Made by a program: the position numbers and the translations under genes. From positions 95,420 to 159,419 of IMG/VR virus record IMGVR_UViG_3300047564_002270: a DNA stretch of 64,000 bases; one strand, written 5' to 3'. The notes under the pieces are model-generated. The model saw only the letters and a list, made by a program, of their open reading frames with translations, made no database searches and had not been told where the DNA came from. Positions 46,810-56,665 of the stretch are shown here, one piece after another. Position 1 is the first letter of the stretch. Each line of letters starts with the position of its first letter. This DNA is from a virus.

Positions 46810-47300
46810 TTTTAGATGAAGAAGTCATCAAACTTGTAAAAGAACATTTTGAAGAAGATTGGGATGAGAATGATGGTTGGGAGTATTCTGGAAACTTTGA
46901 TGCCTTTGTGAAGTTTGCCCAAGAAATCTTTCAAATGGGTTATAATGAAGGTAGTTATGATATGTCCTACTTTGAGTGATAAAGATGACTTACGAAGTTC
47001 AAACTTGGGATGACGCAGATAAAACTGTGTATTATGAAACCGTAAAGGATGCTAATGATTATGAGAATGCTCGTGATATAATTGTAGAGAAGTATCCAAA
47101 TCGTAAAGTAATTGCTGTGATTAGAAAATGACTGAACCAACAGACACAGAAATCCTTGAATTTCTACTCAATCAATTTCAACCACACAATCTCAAAATGA
47201 ATGGTGAAAGTGATTGGGTTTTTATGAATGGTGGTTCTCGTATGAACCATCTAAAAGGAAAAACCATAAGAGATGCTGTGATTACTGCTATGATGGCAAA

Positions 47301-47528
47301 ATGACTGAACAACGCAAACTATGTAAAGATTGTCTCTACTATAAGAAAAGTTGGTTTGGTCATCTTTTTGGGGACAACTCATTTGATAGATGTTACAATC
47401 CAATCATAACTGGTGATTTGGTGACAGGAGACAAAAAAAGTGAAAGTTGTAAAATTGCCCGAGAATTTGAGATGCACTGTGGTAGAGATGGTAGGTATTT
47501 TGAGCAACTATGGGGGGATAAAAAATGA
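47301..47528 (+). CDS. Cys-rich protein, paralog 2
   Basis: LCKDC.YYKKSW...DLVTG...C...CGRDGRYFE. Confidence 0.65.
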   Translation: MTEQRKLCKDCLYYKKSWFGHLFGDNSFDRCYNPIITGDLVTGDKKSESCKIAREFEMHCGRDGRYFEQLWGDKK

Positions 47529-48052
47529 CTGAACGAATAGGATATAAACTCAACCCAAACAAACTCAAAGGAGCACCTCAAAGTATTCTTCCTTATTTTG
47601 TTGGTGCTTTTTATTACACAGAAGATTTTGAGTATTTTGATGTAATCAAACCTTATCTTGAAATCCCAGATAAACCTAAAACTCTGGAAGAAATCTCACA
47701 AGAATTTGATGAGAAGATTGATGATTTGATTGAGAGAACGAAGAATAACTTTTATAAGTCAAAGTATATTGCTGAAACTTTGTATGATACAAAGTTCAAT
47801 AGAATTATTGAGAACTTTGAATACGCAAAGGAACACGGACAATTTCCACCTAAACTTACATATTCTAACCTTATTGCGACTGGTAGTAATATTACTTCCA
47901 GTTTTGTAATCAAACAAGGAAATAACCACGAAGGATATTATACATTCGGTAATTGTAGGTCTTTCAGGTATTATATGCCGACTAAACCGAATGCTATTAC
48001 TCGTTGGTTTATGAAAAATTGTCTTTCTTTTATTTGGGTGGATGAAAAATGA
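47525..48052 (+). CDS. hypothetical protein
   Basis: 175 aa, ATGA-coupled. Confidence 0.65.
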   Translation: MTERIGYKLNPNKLKGAPQSILPYFVGAFYYTEDFEYFDVIKPYLEIPDKPKTLEEISQEFDEKIDDLIERTKNNFYKSKYIAETLYDTKFNRIIENFEYAKEHGQFPPKLTYSNLIATGSNITSSFVIKQGNNHEGYYTFGNCRSFRYYMPTKPNAITRWFMKNCLSFIWVDEK

Positions 48053-48309
48053 CTAATCCACTAATTGAAAAATATAATGAACTCTACAATCCAAAACCAC
48101 CAGAACCTCCAAAACCAGTAGAGAAACCAAAACTATCAAAACTTAAATCTTATGACCTTGATGACTTGAAAGCATCTTTTCAACAAGTAGCAGAAAAAAT
48201 CAAAAATGGTGAGGCACAGGTGGTAAGTATGAATATGGAAATGGGACATAAGTATATCAATACTACTGGTGCTAGAATTACCTTTGAGGTTTCTTTGGAT
48301 GACTATTGA
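48049..48309 (+). CDS. hypothetical protein
   Basis: ATGA-coupled. Confidence 0.6.
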   Translation: MTNPLIEKYNELYNPKPPEPPKPVEKPKLSKLKSYDLDDLKASFQQVAEKIKNGEAQVVSMNMEMGHKYINTTGARITFEVSLDDY

Positions 48310-48451
48310 AGAACTCCAAAAGTTCTTGGATGATAATAACATCACACTTGAAGAGTATATGAGAGCAAATATAATTACTGATGATGACAGTAAATATATT
48401 GATAAGATATGGATGGATGCGATTTATAAGAACTTGGGTGAGGACACTTGA
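48299..48451 (+). CDS. hypothetical protein
   Basis: Short ORF ending inside cassette 11. Confidence 0.5.
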   Translation: MTIEELQKFLDDNNITLEEYMRANIITDDDSKYIDKIWMDAIYKNLGEDT

Positions 48452-48498
48452 AGAACTGGCACAAGGACACTCTACAGGTGCTCCTTTTGCCTTATAAT
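48440..48498 (+). promoter_or_regulatory. promoter cassette copy 11
   Basis: GAGGACACTT-GAAG-AACTGGCACA; TATAAT 29 nt later; CATACACA. Confidence 0.8.
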
Positions 48499-48523
48499 AC
48501 TCTCATACACACAGACACCTGAA

Positions 48524-48709
48524 ATGACTTCTATTCTCCAACAATACACTCTTGAAGATTTCGTAAAATGTCGTAATCAAAAGGAGTGGGTTTGTGATGA
48601 ATGTAGAAAATGTGGTGATAGGGATTGTTGTTCTGGAAATCACATTATGTTTAGAGTTCCTAAAACTGATGATTGTCTTTGTTCTATTTGTATGAGTGGA
48701 TTGAAATGA
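48524..48709 (+). CDS. small Cys-rich protein
   Basis: Multiple CxxC. Confidence 0.55.
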   Translation: MTSILQQYTLEDFVKCRNQKEWVCDECRKCGDRDCCSGNHIMFRVPKTDDCLCSICMSGLK

Positions 48710-49029
48710 CTGCCTTCACTTACAAAGGATACGGCCGCATCTACACTAATCCAGAGAACATTCAAGAGGTAGAAAACATCATTCAAGAACTTGATGAGTT
48801 TGAGTGGGGTTATTATCCAGGAGGACTTGTAATATCTTGGGACAGGTATCCAAATGTAGAGTATGTTGGTAAGTTTGAACTGAATGAAGAAAAGTTCAAA
48901 CAAATCTGTAAGGAACGAAACATTCCTGTTTTTGTCTTTAATGCTTATGATAATGACTATCCTCGTGGTTATGTAAAAACTTTGAATAGAGAAGAAATTA
49001 AACAACTTTCTTATGGAGAACTGAAATGA
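48706..49029 (+). CDS. hypothetical protein
   Basis: ATGA-coupled. Confidence 0.6.
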   Translation: MTAFTYKGYGRIYTNPENIQEVENIIQELDEFEWGYYPGGLVISWDRYPNVEYVGKFELNEEKFKQICKERNIPVFVFNAYDNDYPRGYVKTLNREEIKQLSYGELK

Positions 49030-49364
49030 CTATCAAACGCATTCAAGTCAAAGAAACTCAAAAGTATTATGGGGACTTTGACGGAACACTTGAGAGTATT
49101 ATTACTTCACTTCAATCAGAATTAGATGCTGGTTGGGAGGGTATTGAGAGTGATTGGGAATGGGATTATGGTGGTGAAAAATATATCGAATATTATCTTT
49201 ACAAGCATCGTGAAGAAACTGACAAAGAGTATGAGAAACGAGTAAAACAACTGGAGAAAGAAAAAGCAGAAAAAGCAAAAGCAAAGGAACGAAAACTTCA
49301 ACAACTCAAGAAAGACCTTGCTAATCTAACTGAAGACGAACTCAAACAACTTGGAGTAAAATGA
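49026..49364 (+). CDS. hypothetical coiled-coil protein
   Basis: REETDKEYEKR motif; ATGA-coupled. Confidence 0.65.
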   Translation: MTIKRIQVKETQKYYGDFDGTLESIITSLQSELDAGWEGIESDWEWDYGGEKYIEYYLYKHREETDKEYEKRVKQLEKEKAEKAKAKERKLQQLKKDLANLTEDELKQLGVK

Positions 49365-49546
49365 CTGAAAGAGTTAAATTCAAAACTATCACACGAGTGA
49401 TTGACCCAAAGACTGGTATTCATTACCTTGATGCGATTGATGAGGATGGTATTCATTGGATGTCGCAGATGGACCACAAAACAGAACCACATCTATGCTA
49501 TACTAAGGTGTGGTATAAGGACCCTCAACAACCTTTAGATCTATGA
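49361..49546 (+). CDS. hypothetical protein
   Basis: ATGA-coupled. Confidence 0.6.
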   Translation: MTERVKFKTITRVIDPKTGIHYLDAIDEDGIHWMSQMDHKTEPHLCYTKVWYKDPQQPLDL

Positions 49547-50265
49547 CTGACTTCCAACCAACTCCACAAACACCAGAGCAAGTAGATGAAGGTCTGCGTA
49601 ATGCTTTTAGACAAGCAATCAAAGATGGTGTGATGGATGCTACTCCTTACTTTAAATCTATGACTTTCAACAACGATATTGAAAAAACAGAAGCAGAAAT
49701 AAAAGTACTCCAAAAGAAACTTGAACTCCTCAAAGAGATTGAGACACATAAATCTCAACCAAAAATGGAGTTTAGTTTTGGTGGTAAGTTTGAGGTTGTC
49801 TCTTATAATGATGAGGTTTATTATCGTCTTGAATTTCCTGATGAATTTTATTGGTATAAAAAAAAGTATTCTGATGAGGGTTTGCTGATGGTTGCTATTG
49901 CTGATGGTGAAACTCATCGTCTTCTTGAAGGTGTTTGGTTTAATGATGTGAAGAAGGGGAAGTATGATGATGTAGTTGATGAACCTTATAGGAATGTGAG
50001 AGCATATTGGGATGAGAAAGATAATCCAAAACCTATGGATGAAGTTGTGAATAGGTTGGTGAAAAAATATCAAGCACAAAAACTTTTTAATAGATTGGTA
50101 GATGAACTTGGTTATGATTTTGATGCTTGTAATGATGTTGTAGATTTGGTGGAGAGTTGGTTGCCGCAGGAACAATCAGCAGCAGGAAGTCAAAATGTAA
50201 ATACTGAATTGCTTGTGGATGGATTTAATCATTGTCTTGAAAAAATTAAAGGAATGCTACGATGA
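49543..50265 (+). CDS. mosaic hypothetical protein
   Basis: 240 aa with an internal ATGACT restart. Confidence 0.6.
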   Translation: MTDFQPTPQTPEQVDEGLRNAFRQAIKDGVMDATPYFKSMTFNNDIEKTEAEIKVLQKKLELLKEIETHKSQPKMEFSFGGKFEVVSYNDEVYYRLEFPDEFYWYKKKYSDEGLLMVAIADGETHRLLEGVWFNDVKKGKYDDVVDEPYRNVRAYWDEKDNPKPMDEVVNRLVKKYQAQKLFNRLVDELGYDFDACNDVVDLVESWLPQEQSAAGSQNVNTELLVDGFNHCLEKIKGMLR

Positions 50266-50615
50266 CTGAAGATCAAATTCAAATGCTTCGTTTCTTAATT
50301 CAACAAGAAATTGAATATGCTGGTATTGATGGTATGGAACACGGTGCTTGGGGATGGGCAGAAAAACAAGCAGATGAAAATTGGAAGAAGTTTCAGGAGA
50401 GTTTTACAAAAATGACCGACACACAAAAACTTGAACTCCTGCTGAATGAAATCAAATCCACAGCAAAACGAAAAACCTGTTATGATAGTCTAGGAGCTAC
50501 AGGTCATTATCACTATTCAGATGACCACGATGCTACATTTGATGATGGTGATAGGTATGGTAAGATTACATTTGCTCGGGAATTATTAGAGCGTATTGGT
50601 GAGAGTTATGAGTGA
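50262..50615 (+). CDS. hypothetical protein (apparent fusion of two cassettes)
   Basis: Internal AAAATGACC in frame. Confidence 0.6.
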   Translation: MTEDQIQMLRFLIQQEIEYAGIDGMEHGAWGWAEKQADENWKKFQESFTKMTDTQKLELLLNEIKSTAKRKTCYDSLGATGHYHYSDDHDATFDDGDRYGKITFARELLERIGESYE

Positions 50616-50907
50616 AGAATACGGTCACATTCCTGATGGATTTCTACTCAATCCAGAAGAAGTGGAAGAACTCCGAAACAAAAAACACGAACTTACTGAA
50701 TACGCAAAGGAGAAACTACGCAAAATGAACGAAGAAGCAGCAAAACGTGAAGCAGCAAAACGTGAAGCAGCAAATGAACTCTATCAAGATGCTCTAAAAG
50801 AACTTGATAATCTTGCTGTGGGGGATGTAGATAGTGAAGATTTTATGAACGCTTATTTGGTGATTCAAACCGCACTCAAAGTTGCATTAGGTGAAGAAGA
50901 TGTCTGA
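50608..50907 (+). CDS. hypothetical protein
   Basis: EAAKR tandem duplication. Confidence 0.55.
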   Translation: MSEEYGHIPDGFLLNPEEVEELRNKKHELTEYAKEKLRKMNEEAAKREAAKREAANELYQDALKELDNLAVGDVDSEDFMNAYLVIQTALKVALGEEDV

Positions 50908-51220
50908 CCTTACACTTGATGAAATGATTGAAGAAGCAGCACGAAGAGAGAGAAGTAATCGTATTCTTCAACGATATAATGACTTTTACAACCTTGAGTG
51001 TTCTGGACTTTCTCATGGCACACCTATTACCCCAGAGTTTCAACAGGCAATGACTTTAGAGTGTATGTTGGATGCTCTACGATGCGAGAACCTTAATCAT
51101 GAGTTTGATATGGTTCCAACTGCTGATATTAATGATTTGATTGAACGACTTTATCAACAAGGTAAAGATTATCTCGAAAAAGTAAAACGATTTAAAGATA
51201 GTGCTGATGGAGTAGCATAA
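50900..51220 (+). CDS. hypothetical protein
   Basis: ORF overlapping the previous stop. Confidence 0.55.
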   Translation: MSDLTLDEMIEEAARRERSNRILQRYNDFYNLECSGLSHGTPITPEFQQAMTLECMLDALRCENLNHEFDMVPTADINDLIERLYQQGKDYLEKVKRFKDSADGVA

Positions 51221-51291
51221 TGGAACTCTCCAAACTGGTGAATGATGAGTTTGCCAAATCTTTTAACTGACACACTAAATTATCTAAACTA

Positions 51292-51972
51292 ATGAAAAAA
51301 ATTCTACATTCTGCTTTTATTCTTGGACTTCTGGGAACCTTTATTGTTCCTAATGCTGTCTTTGCTAGGGACGACGATGACCGTAATGGTTCTCAGCAAC
51401 AAACTAATACTCAAACTAATACCCAGACGAACACTCAGAGCAATACTCAAAACACAAATGTAACCACTGGAAGTAACACCAATACCAATAGCAATAGCAG
51501 TAGTAGTAATAATACCAACACCGTAAATGCTACTGGGGGAAGTAATACCAATAATGTAAGCAACAACTCAAGTGCTTCTGGTGGCAATGTTTCGAATAAT
51601 GTAAGTGGTGGTTCTGTTTCTAACTCAAACACCAACAACTATATTGGTTATCCTGATTGGATTAATGTTGCTCCTTCACAATCTAGTGTTTCTGTCGACT
51701 CCGTGACTTGTCAGGGACCAACCTTGACTGCGACTGCTTCTACACTCACCACAAATAGTTGGAGTAATCAGTATGGAGTTCAGGGTGCTCTTGGATTTTC
51801 TGTTCCTATTGGTGGTCAAACAGATTGTAATGCGGTTCAGTCTTCTATTCGTAAGCGGGCATCTGTTGAAAATAGTGTGAGAATTGCTCTTGCCTGTAAG
51901 CAACTTGAAGTGAGTGGTATTCAAATTGATACCGAAAAGTTTCCTGAACTTCAAGTTTGTTTGGCAAAATGA
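51292..51972 (+). CDS. secreted N/S/T-rich low-complexity protein
   Basis: Signal peptide ..NAVFA, N/S/T tract, Cys-containing C-terminal domain. Confidence 0.7.
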   Translation: MKKILHSAFILGLLGTFIVPNAVFARDDDDRNGSQQQTNTQTNTQTNTQSNTQNTNVTTGSNTNTNSNSSSSNNTNTVNATGGSNTNNVSNNSSASGGNVSNNVSGGSVSNSNTNNYIGYPDWINVAPSQSSVSVDSVTCQGPTLTATASTLTTNSWSNQYGVQGALGFSVPIGGQTDCNAVQSSIRKRASVENSVRIALACKQLEVSGIQIDTEKFPELQVCLAK

Positions 51973-52193
51973 CTAAAAAACTCTGTAAGGATTGTAAGTG
52001 GTATCGTAAATCTTGGATAGAACATATTGTTTTTAGAACCAATAGGTATGATATGTGTGCCTCTCCAAATACTACTGATGACCTTGTAACTGGTCGTAGG
52101 CAACGATTTTGTGATATGTTGAGGTCAAGTAGATGGGATGAACTTGATTACTCTTGTGGTCCTGATGGTAGGTTCTGGGAGGCAAAGAAATGA
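51969..52193 (+). CDS. Cys-rich protein, paralog 3
   Basis: LCKDCKWYRKSW...DLVTG...C...CGPDGRFWE. Confidence 0.65.
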   Translation: MTKKLCKDCKWYRKSWIEHIVFRTNRYDMCASPNTTDDLVTGRRQRFCDMLRSSRWDELDYSCGPDGRFWEAKK

Positions 52194-52378
52194 GTAGATT
52201 TACTGAAAATCCTGATGAGATTGTTCTTGAAGACATTCAAATGTTTCACCTCGAAAGTATGAATGAACGCACACTTTGGATTGGTGTTTATACTAAAGAT
52301 GATAAAATCTACCACTTGAATATTTCTGCGGATGGTGATAAATTGAAATATTATTGGAGTGATGAGACCTGTGGTTAA
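52190..52378 (+). CDS. hypothetical protein
   Basis: NPDEIV...FHLE.M....LWIG. Confidence 0.6.
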   Translation: MSRFTENPDEIVLEDIQMFHLESMNERTLWIGVYTKDDKIYHLNISADGDKLKYYWSDETCG

Positions 52379-52380
52379 TG

Positions 52381-52387
52381 ATAAATA
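52381..52387 (+). promoter_or_regulatory. T4-type late promoter
   Basis: ATAAATA upstream of the fibre gene. Confidence 0.65.
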
Positions 52388-52408
52388 CTTAGAAAAGTAT
52401 TTACTAAA

Positions 52409-55138
52409 ATGGCCATCAATAACACCACCTACAGAGTTTTAGTAGAAAAACTAGGAGCATCAGATCCATCTCAATTTGTCGGTAATGAGGGGGAAGTTTT
52501 TTATGATCCAGACTCAGGATCTCCCACTTTAAAATTATCTGACGGATCTACTCCAGGTGGTGTGTCATTTGCTGGTGGTGGAGGTGGAGGATCACAAGGA
52601 ACTACAGGAACCCAAGGAAGAGTAGGAACACAAGGGGCTGTAGGAACTCAAGGTCTTAGTGGAACTCAAGGTTTAGGTGGTATTCAGGGAAGCGTAGGCA
52701 CACAAGGAACCGCAGGAACTCAGGGTCTTAATGGAACTCAAGGTTTAGAAGGACCACAGGGAACATCAGGATCTCAGGGACTTGATGGTGCTCAGGGTGC
52801 AACTGGATCTGGATCACAAGGAACTACAGGTGCTGACGGTGCTCAGGGAACCGCAGGAGCACAGGGTGTCGATGGTATTCAAGGATTTGATGGTGTCCAG
52901 GGTGTTGAAGGTTCTCAAGGAACTACAGGTGCTGATGGTGCTCAAGGTTTAGACGGTGTTCAAGGATTTGATGGTGCTCAGGGAACTACAGGATCTGGAT
53001 CTCAAGGAACTACAGGTGCTGATGGTGCTCAAGGTTTAGATGGTATTCAAGGTGCAGAAGGTGCTCAGGGAACCACAGGATCTGGATCACAGGGAACTAC
53101 AGGTGCTGATGGTGCTCAAGGTTTAGACGGTGTTCAAGGATTTGATGGTGTTCAAGGATTTGATGGTGCTCAGGGAACCGCAGGAGCACAGGGTGCTGAT
53201 GGTGTTCAAGGTTTAGACGGTGTTCAAGGATTTGATGGTGCTCAGGGAACACAAGGTTTAGAAGGTCCTCAAGGAACTACAGGTGCTGATGGTGCCCAAG
53301 GTTTAGACGGTGTTCAAGGATTTGATGGTGGTCAAGGAACTACAGGTGCTCAAGGTCTAGATGGTATTCAAGGATTTGATGGTGCCCAAGGTCTTTCTGG
53401 TGTTCAAGGTGCTGATGGAACTCAAGGAATTGCAGGTTCTGATGGTAGTTTTGGTGGAGCTACTTTTGATTATACTTTTAGCACAGATATCACTAATACA
53501 GATCCTGGAACTGGAAATCTTAAGTTCAATAATTCTGATTTATCTCTAGCAAATACTCTTTATATTGATGATGAAAACGATGGTGCTATTGATATTCAAT
53601 CTTTCTTAAGAACGATTGATGACTCTACTTCGACTATTAAAGGGCATTTCAGAATTTCAAATAAGGCAGATGCTTCTGATTTTGCCCTATTTACAATCTC
53701 TTCTACTTCAGAAGAAACTGGATATTTCCAAGTTTCATGTTCTTATGTTTCTGGAAGCTCAACATCATTCAGCAATGGTGAAGATATAATCATTACCTTT
53801 GCTCGCACTGGTGATAAGGGAGACACTGGATCTCAAGGACCTCAGGGTGCTCAAGGTTTAGATGGTATTCAAGGTGCAGAAGGTGCTCAGGGAACCACAG
53901 GATCTGGATCACAGGGAACTACAGGTGCTCAAGGTTTAGACGGTGTTCAAGGATTTGATGGTGCTCAGGGTGCAACTGGATCTGGATCACAAGGAACTAT
54001 AGGATCTCAAGGTTTAGATGGTGCCCAAGGTTTAGATGGTGTTCAAGGATTTGATGGTGCCCAGGGAACTACAGGTGCTCAAGGTTTAGACGGTGTTCAA
54101 GGTTTAGACGGTGTTCAAGGATTTGATGGTGCTCAGGGAACACAAGGTTTAGAAGGTCCTCAAGGAACTACTGGTGCTCAAGGTTTAGACGGTGTTCAGG
54201 GATTTGATGGTGCTCAGGGTGCAACTGGATTTGGATCACAAGGTTTAGATGGTGTTCAAGGTGCTGATGGTATTCAAGGATTTGATGGTGCTCAGGGAAC
54301 ACAAGGTTTAGAAGGTCCTCAAGGAACTACTGGTGCTCAAGGTTTAGACGGTGTTCAGGGATTTGATGGTGCTCAGGGAACACAAGGTTTAGAAGGTCCT
54401 CAAGGAACTACTGGTGCTCAAGGTTTAGACGGTGTTCAGGGATTTGATGGTGCTCAGGGAATTCAAGGATTTGATGGCGTTCAAGGATTTGATGGCGCTC
54501 AAGGTTTAGATGGTATCCAAGGATTTGATGGTGCTCAGGGAACTGCTGGAGTTCAAGGTCTAGACGGTATCCAAGGATTTGATGGTGCCCAGGGAACTAC
54601 AGGTGCTCAAGGTTTAGACGGTGTTCAAGGATTTGATGGTGCTCAAGGTATTCAAGGTTTAGAAGGTCCTCAGGGAGTTGCATATTGGGTTTCTGGAATA
54701 ACTGGAATTAATACTACTTCATTTGTTGGTATTGGAACCACAAATCCAACATCAAATCTGACTGTTTCTGGTGATGCTCTTATTGTTGGAATTGCTACTG
54801 CTAATTCATTTAGAGCAAGAGGTGGTGCTCCAGGTGCTATTGGTGTTAATAATAATGGATATGCATTTTTTGAGTCTGGTGATAATGACACTGGAATGTA
54901 TAGTTCTGCTGACGGGCAGTTGGAGTTTTATAGCAACAGCGATGAAATAGCAAGAATTGCATCAGGTGGAAATATTGGTATCGGAACCACAAATCCAACA
55001 TCAAAACTTCACGTTGTTGGTGATGTAAGAGTTGGAATTAATACTTCTCAAGGTGTTATTTTAACATCTCCAAATGGAACAAAGTATCGTTTGATTGTTG
55101 ATAATGCTGGTATCTTAAGCACAGTTATTGTTCCTTGA
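52409..55138 (+). CDS. collagen-like tail fibre
   Basis: GEVFYD...LKLSDG.TPGG N-terminal fibre domain; two G-X-Q/G-X-D tracts; VGIGTTNPTS repeats; LTSPNGTKYRLIVDN.G.LS C-terminus. Confidence 0.85.
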   Translation: MAINNTTYRVLVEKLGASDPSQFVGNEGEVFYDPDSGSPTLKLSDGSTPGGVSFAGGGGGGSQGTTGTQGRVGTQGAVGTQGLSGTQGLGGIQGSVGTQGTAGTQGLNGTQGLEGPQGTSGSQGLDGAQGATGSGSQGTTGADGAQGTAGAQGVDGIQGFDGVQGVEGSQGTTGADGAQGLDGVQGFDGAQGTTGSGSQGTTGADGAQGLDGIQGAEGAQGTTGSGSQGTTGADGAQGLDGVQGFDGVQGFDGAQGTAGAQGADGVQGLDGVQGFDGAQGTQGLEGPQGTTGADGAQGLDGVQGFDGGQGTTGAQGLDGIQGFDGAQGLSGVQGADGTQGIAGSDGSFGGATFDYTFSTDITNTDPGTGNLKFNNSDLSLANTLYIDDENDGAIDIQSFLRTIDDSTSTIKGHFRISNKADASDFALFTISSTSEETGYFQVSCSYVSGSSTSFSNGEDIIITFARTGDKGDTGSQGPQGAQGLDGIQGAEGAQGTTGSGSQGTTGAQGLDGVQGFDGAQGATGSGSQGTIGSQGLDGAQGLDGVQGFDGAQGTTGAQGLDGVQGLDGVQGFDGAQGTQGLEGPQGTTGAQGLDGVQGFDGAQGATGFGSQGLDGVQGADGIQGFDGAQGTQGLEGPQGTTGAQGLDGVQGFDGAQGTQGLEGPQGTTGAQGLDGVQGFDGAQGIQGFDGVQGFDGAQGLDGIQGFDGAQGTAGVQGLDGIQGFDGAQGTTGAQGLDGVQGFDGAQGIQGLEGPQGVAYWVSGITGINTTSFVGIGTTNPTSNLTVSGDALIVGIATANSFRARGGAPGAIGVNNNGYAFFESGDNDTGMYSSADGQLEFYSNSDEIARIASGGNIGIGTTNPTSKLHVVGDVRVGINTSQGVILTSPNGTKYRLIVDNAGILSTVIVP

Positions 55139-55152
55139 GGTTTTTGAGGGGA

Positions 55153-55262
55153 TTGACTCCCCCGTAGTTACTGTTATGGTAAATAGGTAAATAAATGTTA
55201 AGAAATCAAAACATTCTTAACATTGTTCCTCTACCTAACCGAGACCTATGGGGAGGTTTTTT
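55153..55262 (+). promoter_or_regulatory. psbA-type promoter/leader remnant (tentative)
   Basis: TTGACT-16-TATGGT, overlapping TAAATA, 10-bp-phased GTAAATAA/GTTAAGAA, hairpin AATGTTAAGAA/TTCTTAACATT, then ACCTAACCGAGACCTATGGG. Confidence 0.45.
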
Positions 55263-55301
55263 ATTAAAATAAATACTCTTACGTTTAGGCAGTTGTTATA
55301 A

Positions 55302-55997
55302 GTGGGATTAGCACACTCTCCATCCATTGCAATGAATGGACTGGTCTTATGTTTGGATGCTGGAAACACAAAGTCTTATCCTGGTTCTGGAACCACTTGG
55401 ACTGATTTGAGTGGTCGTGGCAATAACGGAACTCTTGTGAATGGTGTTGGGTATAATAGTGGTAATCTGGGGTCTTTGGCTTTTGATGGGACTGATGATT
55501 ATGTTAATATACCTAATGCAACAAATTTAAACAATCTTGGTTCTCAAGATTTTACAGTTTCTATGTGGGTGTATAGAGCAACAAATCCCCCCGCAGGAAA
55601 TGGTGAAATGTTATACCAATCATCAACACTTGATAATGGATTTGTAATCTGCGTTTCAGATAATGATTTTAGAATTGAATTAAGGGATAATGAATCGACA
55701 AATGGCACATTAGGTGGGGTTTCAGATGTATTTACTGCAAGTATATGGAATAATCTTGTATTTTCTAAGCAAGGAACTACATATACTGGATATTCTCAGG
55801 GCATAAGTAAAGGTTCATTTACTTCATATCAAAATGTTGGCACTTCTGTAGGATATGTTAATATAGGAGTGACTGATTGGTGGGGAGGTTCTTATTGGGA
55901 AGGAAGAATATCACAAGTCTCTGTATACAACAGAGCACTCACAGCATCGGAAATCCAACAAAACTTTAATGCATTAAGAGGGAGGTTTGGGGTATAA
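55302..55997 (+). CDS. LamG/ConA-like lectin domain protein 1
   Basis: GLVLCLDAGN.KSYPGSG...FDGTDDYV...YNRALTASEI; ATAAATA at 55269. Confidence 0.85.
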   Translation: MGLAHSPSIAMNGLVLCLDAGNTKSYPGSGTTWTDLSGRGNNGTLVNGVGYNSGNLGSLAFDGTDDYVNIPNATNLNNLGSQDFTVSMWVYRATNPPAGNGEMLYQSSTLDNGFVICVSDNDFRIELRDNESTNGTLGGVSDVFTASIWNNLVFSKQGTTYTGYSQGISKGSFTSYQNVGTSVGYVNIGVTDWWGGSYWEGRISQVSVYNRALTASEIQQNFNALRGRFGV

Positions 55998-56665
55998 TGG
56001 CAATATCTTACAATCCACGCACAGTTACTGATGGATTAGTTCTTTGTCTTGATGCTGGAAATCCAAAGTCTTATCCTGGTTCTGGAACCACTTGGAATAG
56101 TTTAGTTGGTAGTGGTATTGGAACTCTTACGAATGGACCTACTTATAGTAGTGCTAATGGTGGGAGTATTGTATTTGATGGTGCTGATGATCATGTCAAT
56201 TGTGGATTATCATCGTTCCAACCAACAGCAATTACATTATGCGCTTGGGTTAAACATACTGTGAGCACCGATGGTGGTATTATTGTAAAAGGTGATGTAA
56301 ATGAGGCAACAGAATGGGGAATGACATTTGGATATTCTAGTCCTCATTATCTGCTTGGGAGGGCAACAACATACTTTGATCAATTAGCATATCCTTGGAC
56401 TGGTTCTTTATTGTCTGGATTTCATTATGTTTGTTATACGATGATTAACAATACAAGCGCAAGTTTATATGTAGACGGTGCTTCAGTTGCTTCTACTAAT
56501 ACAATTGGATCAATAGGACTTAATGCAAAAAACGTTTTGATTGGGAAATGGAATAACTATGGCCCTTTAAATGGAAACGTAGCGCAAGCATCCATATACA
56601 ATAGAGCACTCACGGCAGCAGAAGTTCAGCAAAACTATAATGCTCTTAAGTCCCGTTACATCTAA
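55997..56665 (+). CDS. LamG/ConA-like lectin domain protein 2
   Basis: Same motifs as protein 1. Confidence 0.85.
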   Translation: MAISYNPRTVTDGLVLCLDAGNPKSYPGSGTTWNSLVGSGIGTLTNGPTYSSANGGSIVFDGADDHVNCGLSSFQPTAITLCAWVKHTVSTDGGIIVKGDVNEATEWGMTFGYSSPHYLLGRATTYFDQLAYPWTGSLLSGFHYVCYTMINNTSASLYVDGASVASTNTIGSIGLNAKNVLIGKWNNYGPLNGNVAQASIYNRALTAAEVQQNYNALKSRYI

